Below are positions 39,751-48,521 of a stretch of 64,000 nucleotides of DNA, piece by piece. Position 1 is the first letter of the stretch. The number at the start of each line of letters is the position of its first letter. The notes below the pieces were generated by a model, which was given only the letters and a program-made list of their open reading frames with translations, was not told the DNA's origin and made no database searches. The translations under genes were made by a program, and so were the position numbers. The DNA comes from a virus. The DNA lies in IMG/VR virus record IMGVR_UViG_3300024294_000597. One strand, 5' to 3'.

Positions 39751-40233
39751 TTATGGAGAGTATTCGAAATTTTGAGTATCATCATTAATGCTAATTTGTT
39801 TAGCACCATTACTGATATGAAAATGAGTGGCCATCGGAGTAAGTGGTGATAGTGTTACAACTTTTTCTATTCCTTTTTTCTTAGCAAGTTCTAAAACTTT
39901 TTTTACTATTTCTTTTCCTGCTCCACGTTTACGTGACCATACGGTATAAGCAACTGCAACTTTATTATCTTTTTTTAGATACGCAAGTTCACTCATCATG
40001 TCTAACTCACGTACACTTGTTGGTACGTCAGGAGTGAATGCGACACAAATAATTGCTTCTATGTTTTCCTCATATTGTAGTCCGTAAATTTTGCGTCCAT
40101 TAGTAATTCTCCATCCCAAAGTTAACTCTGGTCTAACTGGATCTTCTGTAACATCGATATCGTCTAGTTCAACTAATTCTGTTCCCTTGACCCATCTAAA
40201 GTAATCATTAATTTTATCTTTAACTATTCTCAA
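39751..40233 (-). CDS. Minimal GNAT-fold protein resembling the malonyl-CoA decarboxylase catalytic domain
   Basis: ICVAFTPDVPTSV, AVAYTVWS, VVTLSP and THFHISNGA parallel the MCD motifs VALT..IP.SI, AVFYSI, TLSP and FHLxNGA. Confidence 0.65.
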   Translation of the reverse strand: MRIVKDKINDYFRWVKGTELVELDDIDVTEDPVRPELTLGWRITNGRKIYGLQYEENIEAIICVAFTPDVPTSVRELDMMSELAYLKKDNKVAVAYTVWSRKRGAGKEIVKKVLELAKKKGIEKVVTLSPLTPMATHFHISNGAKQISINDDTQNFEYSP

Positions 40234-40245
40234 AATACAATCTCT

Positions 40246-41142
40246 TTATTCAAACAGACTGCCAAAGGCATCTGTTTGGTTAGGGTTAATACGCAACTGT
40301 TTTGGATAACCTGTTCTTTCTTTTTTTATTAGTTGCGTCCACTTACTTTTGTCATTTGGTAAGTTATATTTCTTTGCAATATAATCATCACGCATCTTTT
40401 CATCATCTTTACGAGTTTCAGTATCACTCCAAGTTGATCCAGCCGTCATTTCTTTCAGCATTATATTACGCAACATATAAGTTCCTTTGTTTGCCATTAC
40501 ACAAGAAACTATAAATTCATCATCTTCACCACCAAGTATGGGTTTTGTACCTAATGGATGTACATTAAAGTACTCGTCCATCATTAAACGTTCTGGATTG
40601 TTTCGTAGAAAAAACATAGTACCTTTCATGTGGGTAAGTTTTCTATCGAATACAAATTCTGCATTCCAGTCTACATCTTTGTAGTCTTTATCTACTCCAT
40701 TAAATTTGTCATAGAAAGCCCCATCGCCCGGTCTTTGGTCGTTGTGCGGCGAGAATAACGTAACATCACTAAACTTTCCCGGATTGCTACGTAGAGCATC
40801 GACAATGTTGATATGAGTGTGGTCAAAATTAGGATGCATATTAAGGATTGCATCACTATCTGCAAAGATACCCCACTCCTCATTTGTATCATAGAAATAA
40901 TTAAATAGTACATTTCTTGCACTTGCAGGAGGAATAGGATTGTCAAGACGGTCGATATACACAACCCGAGGATCATTCCAATATTCCACTTCATCAAAGT
41001 CCATAGCGAGAATTCGTATCTCAAGTTCTTTGTCATAATCTAACCACCACTCTACTTGCTTATTATGATTAACACTTCTCTTATTTCTTGTCTCTGCATT
41101 ATCACGTGACCCATGATATGCAATGATATGAATTGCTTTCAT
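40246..41142 (-). CDS. Putative GT-A glycosyltransferase-like protein
   Basis: ASARN, IFADSD (DxD) and GGEDDEF motifs. Confidence 0.55.
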   Translation of the reverse strand: MKAIHIIAYHGSRDNAETRNKRSVNHNKQVEWWLDYDKELEIRILAMDFDEVEYWNDPRVVYIDRLDNPIPPASARNVLFNYFYDTNEEWGIFADSDAILNMHPNFDHTHINIVDALRSNPGKFSDVTLFSPHNDQRPGDGAFYDKFNGVDKDYKDVDWNAEFVFDRKLTHMKGTMFFLRNNPERLMMDEYFNVHPLGTKPILGGEDDEFIVSCVMANKGTYMLRNIMLKEMTAGSTWSDTETRKDDEKMRDDYIAKKYNLPNDKSKWTQLIKKERTGYPKQLRINPNQTDAFGSLFE

Positions 41143-42746
41143 TATTTTATACCTATCAACATAAACCTATTGTATCGGTCACAATCTTTGGTTCCAACAA
41201 ATAGTATTTCAGACATTATATACTTTTCTTGCAATTCTGTCAAGTCATTAACAGTGTTTATATGTTCATCAATTTCATGGAAATCATTCGTTTGTATAGC
41301 TACAACTGTGCCTGGTTTGATTTTATTAAACCATTCTTCTGTCATATGTTCTGCACTTGTATTGATAACTAAGTCATGTTTATCATAATCGTAGTCATAT
41401 GCGTCTTCTACTAAGCCTGAGTACGTATTATTGAACTGATTAAGTTTGTTACTAAATTTTATTGCTTCTGGATCCATATCAATATTTGTAATATGATGTA
41501 CAATATTTCTTTTGTGTGTCCAGAATGTCGATATACCCAACCAACCACCTATGAATACTGCATCTTCAAAGCGTCTATTTAACTTAACTAAATTATCAAT
41601 TAACCATGTTTTGCTTTCTACTTGATAATTAGAATGTGCGTCTACGATGTTTACTTCTGGAGCTTCCTTGAATGCTCCCATTAACATACCAAAATATGGA
41701 TCTTGTTCTGTATTAAAGTACTCATACATGAAATGGATACATCTTTCAGGGTTGAATCTATTCTTTATACCACTGTAAAGATATTGTAAAAATATTTGTA
41801 AATGTTCAGACTTATATTTCTTATCCCATATAAGTTTTTCTATAGCATTAAATACGTGGTCTTGGTTGCTATCAATAACAGCCAATCTCATTAATTCTAA
41901 GTCTTCTACATTTGGATGATTTGTCCACTCAGCATATCGTTGAATACCATTTAGCATATATCTACCATCAGGGTATGTCGTATCGAATTCGACTATTGGT
42001 TGTGCCTTCCAATTCTTTCTTTGCTTAAACCAAGTGTTCAACCATTTCCAATTATTAATTCTGTGTAACTTATCACCTTTGCCCACGTTAACAGTACCAT
42101 AATTTTCGCCCATTATGGCCCCTAATAAGATTTCTGCACGAAATCCTACATCCTCTAATGGGGTCTTCCATTCTTTTAATTTGGTTCTTCTATCTTGTGT
42201 TGCAATGCCACTTGCTAGTTTAGTGCTTTCTCTAAATGCACCTTTCCACGCATTAAAGGCTGTTGTATTAAAACGTGTTTCATTAGAAACATGTTCTATT
42301 GGTAAGTAAGGAAATCCACGCCTTGCTACTTCTGATGTAACATCAACACCTGGAAACTCTACATGAGCCCAAGCCTTATCAAAGAATGCTTCACGGGCAA
42401 ATAGCTTAACACCGCCGTAGCCGTATGTCATTCCTGTTGCTGGATTTGTTGCTCTCCAAACATGTGTGCATTGTGCTGAACATGTTTCGGGATATACTTC
42501 ATCTGTTGTGCTTGGTATATATGAAAAGTCGAAATCATCAACAATCCATGCATCGCCATCTACAACAAAGAAATGGTCAGTCTTTGATTGTCTTGCACAT
42601 TCTTTATGAGCATTATAGATACCATCTACGTCTGCTACATTAACCACACGTTGTGGGAAACCTGACCTGTCTTTTATTCTGTCATAGTTTTCTTGTGAAA
42701 AATCGTTCTTATATGTTAGATAGAATATATCCAATAATGGTTGCAT
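41142..42746 (-). CDS. Glycosyltransferase-like / SAM methyltransferase-like fusion
   Basis: N-terminal FFVVDGD and YGYGGVKL; C-terminal FIGGWLG, IDMDP and VINTSAEHM. Confidence 0.65.
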   Translation of the reverse strand: MQPLLDIFYLTYKNDFSQENYDRIKDRSGFPQRVVNVADVDGIYNAHKECARQSKTDHFFVVDGDAWIVDDFDFSYIPSTTDEVYPETCSAQCTHVWRATNPATGMTYGYGGVKLFAREAFFDKAWAHVEFPGVDVTSEVARRGFPYLPIEHVSNETRFNTTAFNAWKGAFRESTKLASGIATQDRRTKLKEWKTPLEDVGFRAEILLGAIMGENYGTVNVGKGDKLHRINNWKWLNTWFKQRKNWKAQPIVEFDTTYPDGRYMLNGIQRYAEWTNHPNVEDLELMRLAVIDSNQDHVFNAIEKLIWDKKYKSEHLQIFLQYLYSGIKNRFNPERCIHFMYEYFNTEQDPYFGMLMGAFKEAPEVNIVDAHSNYQVESKTWLIDNLVKLNRRFEDAVFIGGWLGISTFWTHKRNIVHHITNIDMDPEAIKFSNKLNQFNNTYSGLVEDAYDYDYDKHDLVINTSAEHMTEEWFNKIKPGTVVAIQTNDFHEIDEHINTVNDLTELQEKYIMSEILFVGTKDCDRYNRFMLIGIK

Positions 42747-42749
42747 GAC

Positions 42750-43073
42750 CTAGTTTACATCATCTGGCTTTGTTTCACTAGTTCCTAACATTGCTTCTGG
42801 ATCACCCATCCAAATCTCGGTTTCTTCACCATCTATGTCAACGGTCATTGATTCTGTCCATCTTGCATGTTCCATTAGTACCCACTGTCCGGCTACTACT
42901 GATTCTTGCTCAGGTCCCACTGCATAGACTTGCGCCCAACGTGGTCTAATGCCACGCTCGCCTGCTGACATTTTAGAATCATCTAAAACGATAACTCCGC
43001 CTTTTGTTGTTTTTTCCCCTTTATCCAAGTTCTTCAAAAGAACTCGGTCCCTGATTGGTCTTAAACTCGCCAT
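42750..43073 (-). CDS. groES: Co-chaperonin GroES-like
   Basis: LRPIRDRVL, EKTTKGGVIV mobile loop and VYAVGP. Confidence 0.88.
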   Translation of the reverse strand: MASLRPIRDRVLLKNLDKGEKTTKGGVIVLDDSKMSAGERGIRPRWAQVYAVGPEQESVVAGQWVLMEHARWTESMTVDIDGEETEIWMGDPEAMLGTSETKPDDVN

Positions 43074-43081
43074 GTTTTCCT

Positions 43082-43513
43082 CTATTTCTTTTTAGATGTT
43101 TTTTTTGAAGTCTTCTTAACTTCTGATGCTTTTACAAAATTACCTTCTTCGTCTTCTACCCAATCTTCTTCTGTAACTTCCTCAGCTACTGGATCAGGTT
43201 CAGTAATAGTTTCAGTTTCGACAACTGGCTCTACCCAATCATCTTCTGTTTGCTTTGGTGCATCCTGTTGTGTCCTTGCCGCATCATCTTCATTATCGAT
43301 TTTTATGGATGATTTAACTACCGCACGTGGATTATTTACGTTATAATGTTCACGTGCAATTTCATCGGCAGATTTTATAACTCTACCACCACGACCCAAT
43401 TGGTCGCCTCGGGCATTAGTAGACGTATTGCCTACTGAGATATTCTTTTCCGATTTCGCCATCAGTTTAGCAAGGTCTACATTGATGCCACGCATACTTT
43501 TATATTGTTTCAT
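43082..43513 (-). CDS. Hypothetical protein
   Basis: NARGDQLGRGG segment and an acidic tail. Confidence 0.6.
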   Translation of the reverse strand: MKQYKSMRGINVDLAKLMAKSEKNISVGNTSTNARGDQLGRGGRVIKSADEIAREHYNVNNPRAVVKSSIKIDNEDDAARTQQDAPKQTEDDWVEPVVETETITEPDPVAEEVTEEDWVEDEEGNFVKASEVKKTSKKTSKKK

Positions 43514-43728
43514 TGTATATCCTCGTTTTCATTTATTTCAAAAACTTTTTTTAATAAAGTTTTTATTTGTGTTTCGACATAATTCTTCTTATCATGTCTT
43601 TTTACAAATGGGTTATTTGACTCATACGAATTATGAATTTGATTAGTTGCACATTTTACCAGACGTTCTTCTTTTGACGTTAAACAACGTTTGCTATTAG
43701 GAAATCTAACTATTGTATCATTTGTCAT
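43510..43728 (-). CDS. Hypothetical protein
   Basis: ATGA overlaps. Confidence 0.45.
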   Translation of the reverse strand: MTNDTIVRFPNSKRCLTSKEERLVKCATNQIHNSYESNNPFVKRHDKKNYVETQIKTLLKKVFEINENEDIQ

Positions 43729-44288
43729 TTTAAAAACTCATTTATATCCAACTCGTATTTGATGCTATCAACTTTGTGTATACCTATTAAGTATAGCACA
43801 TAACTGGCAACACTACTTCCTCTGCCGACACCCCATATAATATTGTTCTTTCTCAGTGTATCAACAATATAAACGCATACTTTAAGTACGTCTATTATAC
43901 CGTATTTATCATATAAATATAACTCATTGCACGTTCTGTTCATTTGAGGCAAATCATCAGGACATTTATCTAATACGTAATTCCATATGTCCATATTCTT
44001 GTATTCGTCAGGAATAAACCATTCTTTCTGATTTTCATTATCAAATTCAGCTATTTCCTTAGATAATTTCTGTATGGGTTGAATTAAGTCTTTTTCAACA
44101 TTATTTAATGATAATGCTTTATTGTACTTTTCAATATCATCATGCCACTCCATTTCAGTGACTTTAGATATGTCTTCGCCATTATAAAGCATTTCGTATA
44201 AATCTTGACGATTATATACGATTCTTCCGTACTGGTCTTTAAGACCGTCAATCTTTGATGATTTTAGGTTTCCAGCCATTAATGTCAA
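43725..44288 (-). CDS. DNA polymerase III alpha (DnaE)-like fragment
   Basis: WGVGRGSSVASYVLYLIGIHKVDSIKYELDINEFL is the DnaE GRGS region; the ORF stops before the PDID motif. Confidence 0.8.
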   Translation of the reverse strand: MTLMAGNLKSSKIDGLKDQYGRIVYNRQDLYEMLYNGEDISKVTEMEWHDDIEKYNKALSLNNVEKDLIQPIQKLSKEIAEFDNENQKEWFIPDEYKNMDIWNYVLDKCPDDLPQMNRTCNELYLYDKYGIIDVLKVCVYIVDTLRKNNIIWGVGRGSSVASYVLYLIGIHKVDSIKYELDINEFLK

Positions 44289-44910
44289 CTACTTCTCCGC
44301 CGTCGGGTTTCAATTCTAATTCTCCCATAGTTAATTTATCTATAGTATCTAATATAGTATCAAATTCTGGAGGGTTTGTCAAGTCCGTATTTTCATTTAC
44401 TTCATAATCTTGTGTTTCTACGGTTCCTCTTGACCACCATGGGTAGTTATAATAGTAATTTTCGTGTCCTATCCAGTCTTTTAGTGTTGGTAACGCTGGA
44501 TAATTAATGTCTGCATATGTATATGACATCTTGGGATTAGTGTATGTACTTCCAATAGTCACTGATACGATTTCAATGTCATTCTCGCATATTGCATTTA
44601 GCTTCGCATGTAATGTCATTGCTATGATATCGCTCGTAGGCACAAATGGAAATACTACTACTTTATTCTTTAGATGCATCATATCAATGGTAGATGCCTT
44701 ATGGGTAAAAATAGATTGGTGTAGTATATCTTCAACAAAATACTTCATTTTTAAAAATGCCGCATTTCCTTTAGCTATTTCTGGAGTGTTCCAAGCAAAA
44801 TCTATTTTAATATTAAAAGTATCACTTAGTAAAAATGGGTCTGCCTGCATCATTGTGACACTAAACTTTGCTTCGTATGTTGTGTAACTATTTACATATT
44901 CGTCTGTCAA
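44248..44910 (-). CDS. Hypothetical protein
   Basis: Coding-strand ORF adjacent to the DnaE fragment. Confidence 0.6.
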   Translation of the reverse strand: MTDEYVNSYTTYEAKFSVTMMQADPFLLSDTFNIKIDFAWNTPEIAKGNAAFLKMKYFVEDILHQSIFTHKASTIDMMHLKNKVVVFPFVPTSDIIAMTLHAKLNAICENDIEIVSVTIGSTYTNPKMSYTYADINYPALPTLKDWIGHENYYYNYPWWSRGTVETQDYEVNENTDLTNPPEFDTILDTIDKLTMGELELKPDGGEVVDINGWKPKIIKD

Positions 44911-44911
44911 T

Positions 44912-45304
44912 TTATACCTCTGTTTTATTGGCTATTAGGTTTTGGTCTGTTATTTTACCTTCCATTACAAAGTATGTGCCTTGCTGGTGGTCAGCTTCAT
45001 TAATTGTGTAAAAATCATACATTAAAAACATTTTAGGGAATTCTGCACTTATTTTCAATATATATTTTATCAAATCTAATTTCCCCCCAAATGTCTCAAA
45101 ATGCAATATATCATGTCCTATATCAAATTTCATAATCTTGATGTTAAATAATGGATGCCATTGATTGTACCAATCTTTATCCATGTATTCAACGAATTTA
45201 GTTATTGTAACATCATCACAATCACATGTCAAGCTATGATATACGTTTGTTATCCTTTGTGGTTTCTTCGCCGGTACCGGTAAGTTCTCCGTCGTCTGAT
45301 TCAT
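44912..45304 (-). CDS. Hypothetical protein
   Basis: Coding-strand ORF. Confidence 0.5.
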   Translation of the reverse strand: MNQTTENLPVPAKKPQRITNVYHSLTCDCDDVTITKFVEYMDKDWYNQWHPLFNIKIMKFDIGHDILHFETFGGKLDLIKYILKISAEFPKMFLMYDFYTINEADHQQGTYFVMEGKITDQNLIANKTEV

Positions 45305-45530
45305 TGTCTTCTCCTATAACCATAGAATTTGGAGTTTTTTGATTTATTATCTCAAATCTCATTTTTTCAAAGCGTTCTGAATATTCTAGTTTCAACTCCT
45401 CTAAATGATGTTGTAACTGTTCCAGAACATGTTCTTGTCCCAAGCGATAAGCGATTTCCATCTTAGATTGCAAATCAGTTATCTTCTTATCTAGGTCCTC
45501 TTCGGAAAGACTTTTATAATCTGTGTACAT
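45234..45530 (-). CDS. Hypothetical coiled-coil protein
   Basis: Helical heptads; TAAATA immediately upstream. Confidence 0.55.
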   Translation of the reverse strand: MYTDYKSLSEEDLDKKITDLQSKMEIAYRLGQEHVLEQLQHHLEELKLEYSERFEKMRFEIINQKTPNSMVIGEDNESDDGELTGTGEETTKDNKRIS

Positions 45531-45556
45531 AATATTTACTCTCTATTTACAAGTAT

Positions 45557-46861
45557 TTAGTCAAAATAATTTTGCATTCCGCCTTCTCTGACAGTATCAA
45601 CTGTTAAGCAATGCAGTCCTGCATCCCAAAAGTTTCTATGTCTAAATCGGCAATATACAGGTTCGATATTGTGCTGTTTTAATTTGTCATTTACTTCCTT
45701 CTGATAATTCATTGATAATATTACGTTAGGTGAAACGCTTAACATATTCACTTCAAATATTGATTCTTCTGCTAGGCCTACCCATTTGGATAGCCATGAA
45801 TTTACATATTTAGAAAAATCAGGATTAGCATCACTTTCAGGATGCCACCATCTTCCTGCATTTTGTTTCTTTTGATGTCCCCAACCTTTACCAAAATCAT
45901 CAGTCATTATTGCTGGGTTTTCTATAGTCATTATATCCCATCCAGGAAAAGTTTTAGCAAATATATTTTTATCTACCCATGGCGCACAAATTACTAACCC
46001 CGGTTTAGGTGTGCAAAATGTACCATCGTTGTGTCCGCCAATTGCTACAGTTGGTGTTTTAAATTGTGGATACATATGGCCTAAAATAATATTTAAGTTT
46101 TGCACATCTTCCGTATCTACGATTAATCTATCTCCGCATCTTGTGACAGTAGGTGCCCAAAACTGTTGTGTGTTTGCTCTGTATCTTTCAAACATGTCTC
46201 CTTCGCTTTCTGCTATAACTTTTCTTTTATAACCTTGTGCGTCAAGCCATTCAACAGGAAGTCCATTTTCTTCCATATTTTGTATTGATGGTCGCAACTC
46301 TCCTATCTTGTTTTTTCCAACACTCAATCTTGTATCTAAAACCTTAGGGTCAATCAGCGCCTGTCCGCCTTCTTGTAGTTGTTCTATTTGATTAAATCCG
46401 TTTGTATATAGAAGTTTATCTCCCATCGATATAAAAAAATCTCTAGGCGATAAGCAAGGTTTAGGAATACCATGTCCGCCAAACCGGGCTTTCCTAGTCA
46501 TACCTGAACAATGTTTAGCATGTGCAACCCATTCCATAACTGTTTTAAAGTCTGAAACATTTGCTTCTCCTTCTGCTAAATCTGATAACATTGTCATATT
46601 TGCAGGAGTTCTAATAACATCTATTCCCATATCTTCCATGGTTTTTTGAATGCCATCTAAATCTTCATGGGTCTCGTAAAGTATCTGTTGTACTAAGTCC
46701 CGAGTTTTTGTATCAGGCAAATCTTCAAAAAATTCAGGTTCAAATACATTACCTAATATAACTTGTTTTAATGGATCCCAACCATTATAAGAATTAATTT
46801 TGTTTACTCTATAATTCATCTGGAAAATCTCTGTATAAAAAATGTTGTATTGTTTCAACAT
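45557..46861 (-). CDS. Amidinotransferase (glycine/inosamine amidinotransferase-like, pentein fold); start probably MNYRVNK
   Basis: SYNGWDPLKQVILG, PRD, GHNDG and AGLHCLT catalytic Cys. Confidence 0.82.
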   Translation of the reverse strand: MLKQYNIFYTEIFQMNYRVNKINSYNGWDPLKQVILGNVFEPEFFEDLPDTKTRDLVQQILYETHEDLDGIQKTMEDMGIDVIRTPANMTMLSDLAEGEANVSDFKTVMEWVAHAKHCSGMTRKARFGGHGIPKPCLSPRDFFISMGDKLLYTNGFNQIEQLQEGGQALIDPKVLDTRLSVGKNKIGELRPSIQNMEENGLPVEWLDAQGYKRKVIAESEGDMFERYRANTQQFWAPTVTRCGDRLIVDTEDVQNLNIILGHMYPQFKTPTVAIGGHNDGTFCTPKPGLVICAPWVDKNIFAKTFPGWDIMTIENPAIMTDDFGKGWGHQKKQNAGRWWHPESDANPDFSKYVNSWLSKWVGLAEESIFEVNMLSVSPNVILSMNYQKEVNDKLKQHNIEPVYCRFRHRNFWDAGLHCLTVDTVREGGMQNYFD

Positions 46862-47141
46862 CTACCATGTGATTAAATCCGTGATGTTCATTTTCTATAT
46901 TTTCTTCATTTCGTAGTACACCAGTCATTGCGTTATCAAGCTGTTGCATGTTTTTGAATTCCATATCGATACGAAATTCAGGTAAGTCCATAGAACGAAA
47001 TCCTAATTTCATTCGTGTAAGTCTGTAGCTTTCCATATGCCCTAGTTCTACCATCTTGTCTAAAAATAATTTCATTTTTTTAGCAAAATGATGAGCATCT
47101 ATTTTTGCATTATGGTCAGCATAGATTGTATATACATCCAT
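46809..47141 (-). CDS. Hypothetical ferredoxin-like-fold protein (DUF6614-like)
   Basis: RLTRMKLGFRSMDLPEFRIDMEF pattern, recognised from memory. Confidence 0.5.
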   Translation of the reverse strand: MDVYTIYADHNAKIDAHHFAKKMKLFLDKMVELGHMESYRLTRMKLGFRSMDLPEFRIDMEFKNMQQLDNAMTGVLRNEENIENEHHGFNHMVDVETIQHFLYRDFPDEL

Positions 47142-47566
47142 TAAATTGGTCCTAATATCTCAAAGCCTTTGATTTGTTTTTTATAGGTATGTGCTTCGCC
47201 TAAATACAAATACTTATAGCCTTTATCTTTATATATTGCACATTCATTTCTTAAACTTTTTATACCTAAATGCAATTTAGGAGTTTCGTAATCCCAAGCA
47301 AACTGTAGTGCTTCAACGCTTTCATGGTCTTGTATCATAATACAACTGAATGCAACAAGTTTATCTTCTTCATCGTAGTATCCAATAATATCATTTTGCA
47401 AATAATCATTATCGAACATAGGCATTACACTTTTAAAACCTTTGTATCTACAATACTTTTTATATATTTCGTTAAGTTCAGGTATATTTGGATTTTTTAA
47501 AAATTTACAATTTAGCAAAACAGAATAATTAGTTTGTTCTAAATCTATCCGGGCATAAGTTGTCAT
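47141..47566 (-). CDS. GNAT protein resembling the C-terminal domain of aminoacyl-tRNA-protein transferases (ATE1/Bpt)
   Basis: KLVAFS...FAWDY...LHLGIKSL..E....K.KGYKYLYLG....YK...GFE. Confidence 0.6.
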   Translation of the reverse strand: MTTYARIDLEQTNYSVLLNCKFLKNPNIPELNEIYKKYCRYKGFKSVMPMFDNDYLQNDIIGYYDEEDKLVAFSCIMIQDHESVEALQFAWDYETPKLHLGIKSLRNECAIYKDKGYKYLYLGEAHTYKKQIKGFEILGPI

Positions 47567-47593
47567 ATTGTAACTCCTAGTTACATCTATTTA

Positions 47594-48076
47594 TTATTTC
47601 TGAAATCGCCATCTTACAACATCATCATAGTTTTCTTTTGGCCAATTATCATAATACCCTTGGTTCTTTAAAATTTCACTTGCATTATTTAACTTCGATA
47701 GTCTTTGCACTAATACCAATATGCATTTACCAAAATTCATTGATGCACCATTTAATATTTCTGGATCATTGGGATGGTCTTCTAGTGCTACTATATCCTT
47801 AGACATTGCAATATCATTAAAGTCTGTTACCATGGTTGAAAGTTCTTTTGGAGTCAAATCTTCTGTTGGACAATAAACAACAACAACCTCATATTTGTCA
47901 TCCCAATTATCAACGAGAGAATCAATCAGAGGTGATATAGTATGCTTTCCTACTGAGACATAATTGATTCTCTCTTTGAGCATGGCCTGTTTCGCAAAAG
48001 GACATGGCACTTGCCCAATCTGGTCATTGTGCGTTGACACAAATTCTTCAATCCATTTTTTAATTTCTGAAATCAA
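47594..48076 (-). CDS. Hypothetical protein (DUF1415-like N-terminus)
   Basis: WIEEFV...PCPFAK and HP motif. Confidence 0.5.
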   Translation of the reverse strand: MISEIKKWIEEFVSTHNDQIGQVPCPFAKQAMLKERINYVSVGKHTISPLIDSLVDNWDDKYEVVVVYCPTEDLTPKELSTMVTDFNDIAMSKDIVALEDHPNDPEILNGASMNFGKCILVLVQRLSKLNNASEILKNQGYYDNWPKENYDDVVRWRFQK

Positions 48077-48483
48077 AGGTCGCCCTCTTTGCGATTTTCT
48101 GAATAGTGAACGTCAAACTCACCACCGGGATATCGTGCTTTTAGCTTTTCTACATTCTCTGCTAAAACTTCATTAGGGTCCAAACCCAATGCACGACAAC
48201 TATTAACCCAATACCACATAATATCACCAAGTTCTCGTTTAGCGTGAAAGATAGTCTCGCTATCAAGTGGTTTACCTTGAAATATACATTTTTTAACAAT
48301 CTCTGCAAACTCTCCTCCTTCTGACGCAATACCAATTGCACCTGTCATAAGCAATGCCATATTGACACCTGTTTCTTTATCAAGGTTTTTAAGTGTAGAA
48401 GTTAGTGCATCTGTATTGCCTGACTGTTCGGATGTTACCTCTTGTACAAAATCTTTGTACTTGTTCAAGTCTACTTGTTTCAT
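48073..48483 (-). CDS. mazG: MazG-like nucleotide pyrophosphohydrolase
   Basis: EGGEFAEIVKK, ELGDIMWY and NVEKLKARYP. Confidence 0.88.
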   Translation of the reverse strand: MKQVDLNKYKDFVQEVTSEQSGNTDALTSTLKNLDKETGVNMALLMTGAIGIASEGGEFAEIVKKCIFQGKPLDSETIFHAKRELGDIMWYWVNSCRALGLDPNEVLAENVEKLKARYPGGEFDVHYSENRKEGDL

Positions 48484-48521
48484 TTTAATTCCTTTACTAC
48501 TAGTATAAGATTTATTATATA

